Virus record (IMG/VR): IMGVR_UViG_3300038406_000064
Coordinates: 1-31,688 of that record
DNA length: 31,688 nucleotides
From: a virus
Lineage: Duplodnaviria > Caudoviricetes
Reading direction: 5' to 3' (one strand)
A program made the position numbers and the translations under genes. A model generated the notes under the pieces. The model saw nothing but the letters and a program-made list of their open reading frames with translations. It was not told the origin of the DNA and ran no database searches. Below are positions 17,355-24,016 of this stretch, piece by piece; the first letter of the stretch is position 1; every line of letters starts with the position of its first letter.

Positions 17355-17710
17355 TTCTTCGGTACTCCTATAAGAACATAACAAGGAATTATTGAGCGAT
17401 ACTCCACATTAGGTACTCGGAAACTAAGAACTACTTGAGGAGAGGAGAGTATACTAGCAGGGGAGCAACCGTGATACACCGGTACAAATTGGTATCCTCC
17501 ACGGTATAGAGTACCTTTATTCTTTGCTAGCTGTTCTCTTAGATACTTTGGGTCCCAATAGAGAAGATAATAAGACTCTAGTAAGTCTTTAAAAAGTTCT
17601 GGAAGATGGAAATAGCGAGTAATAAGATTTCTTAGTATGCTTGGGGGTACTCCATGTTTGCGAGTCGCTACAATCGAGGAGAGTTTCTGAGTTTTTGGGG
17701 CGGTGATCAT
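17351..17710 (-). CDS. Hypothetical protein (119 aa)
   Basis: The start MITAPK at 17710 gives ATGA overlaps at both ends. Confidence 0.65.
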   Translation of the reverse strand: MITAPKTQKLSSIVATRKHGVPPSILRNLITRYFHLPELFKDLLESYYLLYWDPKYLREQLAKNKGTLYRGGYQFVPVYHGCSPASILSSPQVVLSFRVPNVEYRSIIPCYVLIGVPKK

Positions 17711-18051
17711 TTCATAGCCTTTCCAATCTCCGCCGCAGCCCGAACGATGGCACGGCGGATTGCTGACATTACGTCTCCCGACATTATATCTTCTGTGTAA
17801 AAGTTCGGCGATCCATACGACCATCCGATTTTTACTTTCACTTCCATAAGAAATAAGTCAATAACCATATCAAGCGTCACCGCCAATCTCAACGCATCGC
17901 CGTCGTCGGTAAGTGGGTTCCATGTGTTTCCGTGCATACCATGCTCATCGCACATAACAATACCGTAGCATCCATTATAGTCGTTTGTGTATTCGATGTG
18001 TCGAACCCCAGCCGCCTTAGCCGCCAGTTCAAGCAATTCGCGATCAGTCAT
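17707..18051 (-). CDS. Conserved-type phage hypothetical protein (114 aa)
   Basis: MTDRELLELAAKAAG...WNPLTDDGDALRLAV...RRAIVRAAAEIG is a pattern I recognise from proteobacterial phages. It looks more GC-rich than its neighbours. Confidence 0.8.
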   Translation of the reverse strand: MTDRELLELAAKAAGVRHIEYTNDYNGCYGIVMCDEHGMHGNTWNPLTDDGDALRLAVTLDMVIDLFLMEVKVKIGWSYGSPNFYTEDIMSGDVMSAIRRAIVRAAAEIGKAMK

Positions 18052-19037
18052 TTCTGCTCTCCTTTATCTGCTTTACTTGCCTGCGATACCTTTAGCGAAT
18101 AAGCCAGTTTCGCTTGTAGAAACTTAAACTCGCTTGGATAATCTGTTCTCTTTGGAAATTCTGCTGGGGCATTCTGAATGATTGCAAGAGTATTGGCTTG
18201 TTCCACTGAGGTGTCATCCGAAATAATTGAGAATTGGAAATCCCCAAGCCCTAAGAAATTCTGTTGTTTTGCTTTACCTTCTCTCAAGAATTGAAATAGA
18301 TCATGAGCGTAGGTAGAACCTGCATCTATATTTTCCTCGCAGTGGTCCAAAAGCTCTTGCAAGTCCTGCTGAGGGATTGTAAAGATGCTTTCTGCATTGG
18401 TACATTTTCTTATTATTTGCTGCCAGTATTGATTACAAGGAATTACTGCGGAACCAAGAGTAATTGGAAAGCGAGGAAAGGTACCTGCTTTATCTGCCCA
18501 AACTGCGAGACGAGAAGCATATTGTACCTCTGAGCGATTCGCATCTTTAGAAATATACTCTAGTCTGGCTTCTATATCTGCCAGTTCTTGTTTTTGTCTT
18601 TGGGTTGCATACCCTGAGACAAAGTCTTCGTAGGTAGATTCCCAAGAGGTTATCCAATAAGAAACATTGGTTAGTTTCTTAGTATCGGGGGAGATTGAAA
18701 TCCGAGCGAAATGAACTGAAGGATTCTTAATTCGATTCATTTTTTCGCAAGTATCTACTAGAGACTCAAAGGCTTGAGCTATTATTGAGGCACTTTCCGG
18801 GGTGTATTGTGCTGGAACTCTCCATTCTATTAGATCAGTGGAATTTAGATAGGCGAGGAATAGGAGATACGAGTCTATTTCGTTTAGCTCTCCATGGCGG
18901 TATTTCTGATATAGCCCTAGTAGTTTCTTTTGGGGCATAAAGAAGATTGGGTGAGCATATTCTCTGGATGAGAGATAGATTGGTAAATGCTCGCAGGAAA
19001 ATTCGATGCCGCTTATTCCACATAGTATCTTGGCCAT
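18048..19037 (-). CDS. Hypothetical protein (329 aa)
   Basis: Long ORF with an N-terminal C-x8-C-x-H...HP motif (possible metal site) and an ATGA overlap downstream. Confidence 0.85.
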   Translation of the reverse strand: MAKILCGISGIEFSCEHLPIYLSSREYAHPIFFMPQKKLLGLYQKYRHGELNEIDSYLLFLAYLNSTDLIEWRVPAQYTPESASIIAQAFESLVDTCEKMNRIKNPSVHFARISISPDTKKLTNVSYWITSWESTYEDFVSGYATQRQKQELADIEARLEYISKDANRSEVQYASRLAVWADKAGTFPRFPITLGSAVIPCNQYWQQIIRKCTNAESIFTIPQQDLQELLDHCEENIDAGSTYAHDLFQFLREGKAKQQNFLGLGDFQFSIISDDTSVEQANTLAIIQNAPAEFPKRTDYPSEFKFLQAKLAYSLKVSQASKADKGEQK

Positions 19038-19081
19038 AATATAGATTCCGATATTAGGTTTTAGGTTGGCAGGATTGCCAC

Positions 19082-19128
19082 AAAGCCCCCAACATTAGAA
19101 CTAATTTCACTCAGTTGTGAGGGGCTTT
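19082..19128. terminator. Intergenic hairpin, terminator- or processing-site-like
   Basis: AAAGCCCC...GGGGCTTT inverted repeat with a long, partly paired interior. Confidence 0.45.
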
Positions 19129-19152
19129 AGGTTAATTCCGCTCCGAGTTCTT

Positions 19153-19407
19153 TTAGAGTCTGCATCTTCGGAACTTAAATTGGAACAGACATATTCCACT
19201 TGGAAATACTTCTTTAAGGGAATGATCTTTAGCGAATAGAGAAGTTGGAAGGCAGCGAATTCCACGCCATTCACTGCCCCAATTAATAATTGACTCTTCT
19301 ACTCCTTTTTTGGAGAGCGAAAAGAATTGACCTATTAGTCTTTCTCTGTCTTTTTCTGAGTTAAATGCATCATAGGGGCCAATGTCAATTATTTGATAAA
19401 TTGCCAT
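19153..19407 (-). CDS. Hypothetical protein (84 aa)
   Basis: SD AAGGA and co-oriented. Confidence 0.7.
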   Translation of the reverse strand: MAIYQIIDIGPYDAFNSEKDRERLIGQFFSLSKKGVEESIINWGSEWRGIRCLPTSLFAKDHSLKEVFPSGICLFQFKFRRCRL

Positions 19408-19422
19408 GATATAGGTTCCTTT

Positions 19423-19629
19423 TTAAAGTGGGAATTGTGAAATTACTTGCGCGGCACAGTCAATTGCATCTGCCGGAATTACTTCGCTACAAAGAGCATT
19501 TACTGCTGCTGTTATTGGACCGGGAGTGCTAGTATTGATTGGGGCCGGGGCCGGGAATGTAATCTGAGTTTGGAGAACTACTACTAGCTCAGTTACAAAG
19601 TCGAGGTAATTGGTAATTAGTGAGTTCAT
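19423..19629 (-). CDS. Hypothetical protein (68 aa)
   Basis: SD GGAGGA and co-oriented. Confidence 0.65.
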   Translation of the reverse strand: MNSLITNYLDFVTELVVVLQTQITFPAPAPINTSTPGPITAAVNALCSEVIPADAIDCAAQVISQFPL

Positions 19630-19632
19630 GGA

Positions 19633-20181
19633 CTATTCCTCCCAAATTGTATAAAGAGCAACACAATTCGGAAATCTTTTTACTTGCTCTTTCGCTACAT
19701 CTTTTGAAACTAGATAGTCCTTATGTGTAACATACCACCCTTCGCGCTTTTGTTTTTGGTGGGGCCAAGTAAGGTAACAGATACTTACAGACCACACGTC
19801 GTTACCCATTAAATATGGACGGTTTGTTGGTTGGTCTTTTGGATAAGACTCTACCACAAACTCACAATATTTCTTTATGGATGCGCCGTCAGGATTGTTG
19901 CATGTCGTATAAAGCACATCCCCTTTGTAAACTGGACGCCCTTCGATCCAGCAGAGGGGGGCCATGCATAGAGTACTCGTGTGGTACAGATCAAGAATCC
20001 CTGATTTATTGTTTGCACAGATTCTATCTGTAGTATCAGGGCCGGAGATAAAAGTTAATGGAGAATTATCTCTTTCTTGGAGATACCTTAGTTTAGAACA
20101 AAATGGCTCATTTCGTTTCGCTGCCTCAAGATTAAACGGGCGTAGAAGTGAGTAGTCTTTTTTGTATTCTGTGGTTTTCAT
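19633..20181 (-). CDS. Hypothetical protein (182 aa)
   Basis: SD AAAGGA. Contains LRPFNLEAAK and LCMAPLCWIEGRPVYKGDVLY motifs. Confidence 0.8.
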   Translation of the reverse strand: MKTTEYKKDYSLLRPFNLEAAKRNEPFCSKLRYLQERDNSPLTFISGPDTTDRICANNKSGILDLYHTSTLCMAPLCWIEGRPVYKGDVLYTTCNNPDGASIKKYCEFVVESYPKDQPTNRPYLMGNDVWSVSICYLTWPHQKQKREGWYVTHKDYLVSKDVAKEQVKRFPNCVALYTIWEE

Positions 20182-20214
20182 TTGTTAGTTTCCTTTCTAT
20201 CTATCTGAGTTAAA

Positions 20215-20778
20215 TTAGGAAAGAAGCTGGATAAGGTATTCTTTTTGTTTTTGTTCAGCAGCAGCAGCATCAGCAGCAGCAGCATCAGCAGCAGCATCAG
20301 CATCAGCAGCAGCATCAGCATCAGCAGCATCAGCAGCAGCATCAGCAGCAGCATCAGCAGCAGTATAAGCAGCAGTATAAGCATCAGCATAAGCAGCAGC
20401 ATCAGCAGCAGCATCAGCAGCATCAGCAGCATCAGCAGCAGCATCAGCAGCAGCAGCAGCATCAGCATAAGCAGCAGCAGCAGCATCAGCAGCAGCAGCA
20501 GCAGCAGCATCAGCAGCAGCAACATAAGCAGCAGCAGCCCGCTCTTTGCAAAAGACTACAAATTTCATCCAAGTTTCTTTGTGCTCAAACCATTCACACC
20601 TCATAGCCCAAATAGTATCTTTTACCCCGTTTGAGTACAGAAACTTTTTGTAATCAATCGGAGTATCAAGATTTTCTTGAAGCCATTCCACCCCAAAGTA
20701 TTCTTCGAATTTTCTTTTTCCGGAACTGCAAGGATTGAGAGCGTAAATCTTTCTCGCGGTAGTGGTAATAATAGTCAT
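20215..20778 (-). CDS. Alanine-rich repeat protein (187 aa)
   Basis: SD AAAGGA. An 80-aa unique N-terminus (NPCSSGKRKF...SNGVKDTIWAM), a 94-residue Ala/Asp/Tyr repeat, and a short C-terminal cap EQKQKEYLIQLLS. Confidence 0.85.
   Translation of the reverse strand: MTIITTTARKIYALNPCSSGKRKFEEYFGVEWLQENLDTPIDYKKFLYSNGVKDTIWAMRCEWFEHKETWMKFVVFCKERAAAAYVAAADAAAAAAADAAAAAYADAAAAADAAADAADAADAAADAAAYADAYTAAYTAADAAADAAADAADADAAADADAAADAAAADAAAAEQKQKEYLIQLLS
20257..20538. repeat. Imperfect (GCT)n triplet repeat, 94 codons
   Basis: Only GCT, GAT, TAT, ACT and GTT codons on the minus strand. Confidence 0.97.
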
Positions 20779-20780
20779 GA

Positions 20781-21230
20781 CTAGTTTCCTTTCGGCTGAA
20801 TTGTGAAGGTGCCTAAATCCATTGAATACAACTCAAATTCCAACTTCTTACCCTCTGCTACTTGTTCTTCGGTAAGCACTTCTCCACTTACCGCTTTCCC
20901 TGCCAGTAGATTATACTGATCTTCTTTAGATAATACTTCCATACCTCCTAGAGATTCTTTTATTTTTAGTTTCTCTAGATATCCAGCGGCGTCAGGTTTA
21001 TGAGAGGTTTCTGCCTCTTCCCCCAGACCTAATTTACCTGCAATAGTACTAGTTCCTGTTCTCTCATAAGCTACCGAATTCAACCCAACATTGATTTTAA
21101 ATATATATTGAGTCAGATAGCGATGTAGTTTGGTTCCTACTGTATCAGTGCAATCTCTTGTATTATCTCTCAAATACTCTAACTCCGACAGAGATAGTAC
21201 CGGGCGGTATTGATTTCGTTTTTGGTTCAT
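20781..21230 (-). CDS. Hypothetical protein (149 aa)
   Basis: SD GGAG. First gene after the promoter at 21307. Confidence 0.8.
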   Translation of the reverse strand: MNQKRNQYRPVLSLSELEYLRDNTRDCTDTVGTKLHRYLTQYIFKINVGLNSVAYERTGTSTIAGKLGLGEEAETSHKPDAAGYLEKLKIKESLGGMEVLSKEDQYNLLAGKAVSGEVLTEEQVAEGKKLEFELYSMDLGTFTIQPKGN

Positions 21231-21266
21231 AAGTTATTACTCCGGAGGAAAAATGTCGCCGCGTCA

Positions 21267-21280
21267 TGTGACATGTGACA
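21267..21280. repeat. Two tandem TGTGACA heptamers (TGTCACA on the minus strand)
   Basis: CATGTGACATGTGACATG is read directly. It covers the predicted start site of the adjacent promoter. Confidence 0.9.
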
Positions 21281-21307
21281 TGATACCCCTATCCCCCTCC
21301 CCGTCAA
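21280..21307 (-). promoter_or_regulatory. Sigma70-like promoter
   Basis: TTGACG-16 nt G-rich spacer-TATCAT. Confidence 0.6.
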
Positions 21308-21482
21308 GGGGGTAGTGCTCCATAACTTATATCCCTCATATCACCAATATTACCTAACCACTCCCATATCTCCATTACAGCGCTATTTCCCCTATACCAT
21401 ACCCACTAATAAGATATCGTATGCGTTACGAGGGCGGTATAGATTTTAGGGGGCTTTAAAAATTTAAATTTAAGAAAGGATA

Positions 21483-21554
21483 CTACATAACTAACTACTC
21501 TCATATAGGCACAGATAACTAGTAAGTGTGATATGAGAGTAGTTAGTTATGTAG
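21483..21554. repeat. Perfect 24-bp inverted repeat with a 24-nt spacer
   Basis: CTACATAACTAACTACTCTCATAT (21483-21506) and ATATGAGAGTAGTTAGTTATGTAG (21531-21554). Confidence 0.97.
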
Positions 21555-21600
21555 GATTCCGGAGAGGGGGCATAAATAGGGGAGGGTGGGGGGGGGGGTC

Positions 21601-21635
21601 TGTCACATGTCACATGTCACATGTCACCGTGACAG
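21601..21635. repeat. Tandem TGTCACA heptamers (three perfect, one imperfect) plus an inverted GTGACA
   Basis: TGTCACATGTCACATGTCACATGTCACCGTGACAG, preceded by a G-tract. Confidence 0.95.
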
Positions 21636-21677
21636 ATTACCCACCATAGTTACTATTTCCAGCTCTCCTTTCTTCTC

Positions 21678-22340
21678 TTAGAGCCCTAACATATCCGCTA
21701 CTTTGGGAGTAGCACCTGCTAGTTTCTCTTCACAGTACCTTACAATCGGATTCGCGGAGAGAGTTTCCGGCAACAGGCTAAAAGCTTTTTTCATCTTCGC
21801 AATTACATCCTCTGCGAGACTCAGATCCTTTTTCGCGAGTTGTACCATGATTCCGCGATAAGCCCCAACTACCTCTGTCTTCTTATCCGAATCAAGTTCT
21901 GGGAACTTCTCTCCCACCGCTCGGAAAAGAACCGGAGAAAGATTTGCATCGAACCAAGACGCGAGGCGTTCTTTACTTATCCGACCCTCTGTTACTTCCT
22001 GAGCCTGCAAATAGCTAACAATCTCGGAATCTGCGTAATCCCCTGCAACTATGCTGGAAGCTCCCGCTGCAATCAGAGTCTTGCAAACTTCCGCTCTCGT
22101 TTCTTGATACCAGCGAATAGCTCCGGAGAGAATCTGCTCATTCTCCAATGCAATGAGAAACTCTTCCCCTGTAGCCTCCGGAATAACTACTCCTTTGGAT
22201 TCTTTCCCAGTTCCTTTCTCAATCTTGCGAACCAGATACTGGCCTTGCTCCAGTTCTACTGATTTGAATTCAGCAAGAAGCTTAACCGGGAACGCGGCGG
22301 AAATGCTGGTGAGAGTATTGATAGTTTCAGTGGTTTCCAT
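21678..22340 (-). CDS. Hypothetical protein (220 aa)
   Basis: SD AAAGG. Long ORF with a helical pattern and weak resemblance to 14436-15113. Confidence 0.88.
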   Translation of the reverse strand: METTETINTLTSISAAFPVKLLAEFKSVELEQGQYLVRKIEKGTGKESKGVVIPEATGEEFLIALENEQILSGAIRWYQETRAEVCKTLIAAGASSIVAGDYADSEIVSYLQAQEVTEGRISKERLASWFDANLSPVLFRAVGEKFPELDSDKKTEVVGAYRGIMVQLAKKDLSLAEDVIAKMKKAFSLLPETLSANPIVRYCEEKLAGATPKVADMLGL

Positions 22341-22385
22341 GATGTAACCTTTCTAAAGTAAGCGAGTCAGGTCAAAGCGCCTGTA

Positions 22386-22418
22386 CTAAGACATAGCTAT
22401 ATTCTAGTTATGTCTTAG
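22386..22418. other. 14-bp hairpin in the leader of the 220-aa gene
   Basis: CTAAGACATAGCTA-TATTC-TAGTTATGTCTTAG, with one non-Watson-Crick position. Confidence 0.8.
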
Positions 22419-22441
22419 GCCCGAAACTCTGAGTCTTTGAA

Positions 22442-22636
22442 TTACTCCAAAGTAACCTTTTTGCTCTTCACATCGGGGTAATTCTTCTTATGGCCATCAA
22501 CGATCATTTTAGCTACCTTGTCCCCGCTTCCGCCGACAATGCTTAGCACACAATCGTGACTCAGAGAATAAATCAAAATTACAGTTTTTGGCCCGGGACG
22601 AAATATAAGTTTCTGCTGTTCATATTCTTTGCTCAT
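22442..22636 (-). CDS. Hypothetical early protein (64 aa)
   Basis: SD AGGAG. Confidence 0.75.
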   Translation of the reverse strand: MSKEYEQQKLIFRPGPKTVILIYSLSHDCVLSIVGGSGDKVAKMIVDGHKKNYPDVKSKKVTLE

Positions 22637-22647
22637 GTCATCATCTC

Positions 22648-22800
22648 CTAACGAGTGGGATACCTGCCAAACAGAGCGAAGTAGAACATATCAAAGTTGT
22701 CTGGTTTCTGCGCCCTCTTGCATTCCGCTTTGTGTTGTGTGGCTGCAAACTTCAATCCATGCACTGCGGAGTTGTTCCTGATCTTCCAAGTATTAAACAT
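22648..22800 (-). CDS. Small early protein (50 aa, MFNTWKIRNNSAVHG...), not in the ORF track
   Basis: SD AAAGGA. Starts 1 nt after the upstream stop and ends at the next gene's SD. Confidence 0.7.
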   Translation of the reverse strand: MFNTWKIRNNSAVHGLKFAATQHKAECKRAQKPDNFDMFYFALFGRYPTR

Positions 22801-22801
22801 T

Positions 22802-22960
22802 TCAGAGTTCCTTTCCAAAGTAATTAACCTGCACTTGTTTCACTGTATCCACTATGCAGTAGAACCTCGTGTAATGCCTTTTCAAGTACGCCCTGATTTC
22901 CTGCATGGTTGCAACTTCCGCAAGAATCCGGCCTGTAGTGGTTTCAATTAGTCTAAACAT
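22802..22960 (-). CDS. Small early protein (52 aa, MFRLIETTTGRILAEV...), not in the ORF track
   Basis: SD GAGAGG. First ORF after the promoter at 23027. Confidence 0.7.
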   Translation of the reverse strand: MFRLIETTTGRILAEVATMQEIRAYLKRHYTRFYCIVDTVKQVQVNYFGKEL

Positions 22961-22998
22961 CGCGCGCCTCTCGTCCAGTGAGTTTATTTGATGTATCT

Positions 22999-23027
22999 AG
23001 TATAGCTATCTCTTTTCTCAATTGCAA
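22999..23027 (-). promoter_or_regulatory. Leftward early sigma70 promoter
   Basis: TTGCAA-17 nt-TATACT with an A-rich, UP-like sequence upstream. Confidence 0.75.
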
Positions 23028-23093
23028 TCTTTTTTCTCTATATCTTCCAACTAAATTGTAACAGTGTGTAACAGTCCACAACTCCTCTACTAC

Positions 23094-23113
23094 CATACTA
23101 GTATACTAGTATG
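23094..23113. repeat. Perfect 20-bp palindrome in the divergence region
   Basis: CATACTAGTATACTAGTATG. Confidence 0.95.
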
Positions 23114-23257
23114 CTAGATATCTTTAGTGGGGGGAGGGGTAGAGGCCTTTTTAGATTCTGTGCGCGCGGTCCTCCTAAGAGACTCTCCAAATTTTTCTAA
23201 ACTTTTTTCCAACTCCCTTCCACCTCTACTAACTCCTGAGCTCTCTTAAGTTACCCA

Positions 23258-23286
23258 TTGCTCTAACTCCCCACTACCTCTACAAT
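23258..23286 (+). promoter_or_regulatory. Rightward sigma70-like promoter of the packaging/virion operon
   Basis: TTGCTC-17 nt-TACAAT, 30 nt upstream of the terS start. Confidence 0.65.
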
Positions 23287-23316
23287 ATCAGCAATCTAAA
23301 GAAAGGAGTGCCCAAA

Positions 23317-23973
23317 ATGACTGCGACTGCTACTCAGAATTCAGCCCCTATAATTAAGCGCTCCTATATAGAGGAGAAAGCTCTCACCCTTCTGGGGGCT
23401 GGAGTCTCCCCGGAGCAAACCGCTAATACATTAGGAGTAACTCCTAGCGCTATCTCCCAACTGTTATCTAGAGAAGATTTCGCAATAGAAGTCACTCAAC
23501 TTCGCTACGAAGCGCTCTCCCGACATAATTCCCGAGATGCTAAATACGACGAGCTAGAGGACAAGCTATTAGCTAAAATGGAAGACTTGTTACCTCTGAT
23601 GATGCGCCCAAGAGAAGTTATGAGCGCATTACGAGATGTAAATGCCGCCAAACGCAGAGGGCAATCAGCTCCGGAGCAAATTCACAATCAGCAGACTGTG
23701 GTATCAATTACTATTCCAGTTCAAATTGTGAATCGTTTTGTATCAAATCAACACAATCAAGTAGTGCAGGCAGGCGACCAAGAACTTCTAACCATTCAAT
23801 CAGGCTCACTACTTAAGCAGTTTAAAGGAGACTCAAATGTTACCAGCGAGCTTAAAAGAATTGGAAGCTCTCAAGGAAATAGAGAAAGTATTAGTGGTGA
23901 AGTCACAACTTGCGAGCAACAAGGCGCGAGCGGACTCACTATTACACCAGATGCTCTTGCAGCTCTCGGCTAA
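23317..23973 (+). CDS. terS: Probable terminase small subunit (N-terminal HTH)
   Basis: HTH GVSPEQTANTLGVTPSAISQLL followed by a helical region, just upstream of terL. AAGGAG lies 8 nt before the ATG at 23317. Confidence 0.7.
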   Translation: MTATATQNSAPIIKRSYIEEKALTLLGAGVSPEQTANTLGVTPSAISQLLSREDFAIEVTQLRYEALSRHNSRDAKYDELEDKLLAKMEDLLPLMMRPREVMSALRDVNAAKRRGQSAPEQIHNQQTVVSITIPVQIVNRFVSNQHNQVVQAGDQELLTIQSGSLLKQFKGDSNVTSELKRIGSSQGNRESISGEVTTCEQQGASGLTITPDALAALG

Positions 23974-24016
23974 TACTCCTAGCTCTACTCCTAAGAAACT
24001 TACCAGAACAATTTGA
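23837..24016 (+). CDS. Overlapping 59-aa ORF (MLPASLKELEALKEIEK...), not in the ORF track
   Basis: The RBS AAGGAGACTCAAATG is nearly identical to the capsid gene RBS. Its TGA overlaps the TTG start of terL. Confidence 0.6.
   Translation: MLPASLKELEALKEIEKVLVVKSQLASNKARADSLLHQMLLQLSANTPSSTPKKLTRTI

Noticed and set aside
20178-20634. Poly-Leu/Met ORF (20178-20525, minus) and poly-Ser/Ile ORF (20245-20634, plus)
   Set aside because: These are alternative frames of the triplet repeat. Only the Ala frame has an SD and a unique N-terminal domain.
14407-21502. Shared 10-mer AACTACTCTC downstream of both putative paralogues (14407-14416 and 21493-21502)
   Set aside because: One 10-mer match between regions of this size is close to chance expectation.
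23971-24013. TerS-TerL fusion by read-through (same frame)
   Set aside because: Two further in-frame stops (TAG, TAA) lie between the genes.
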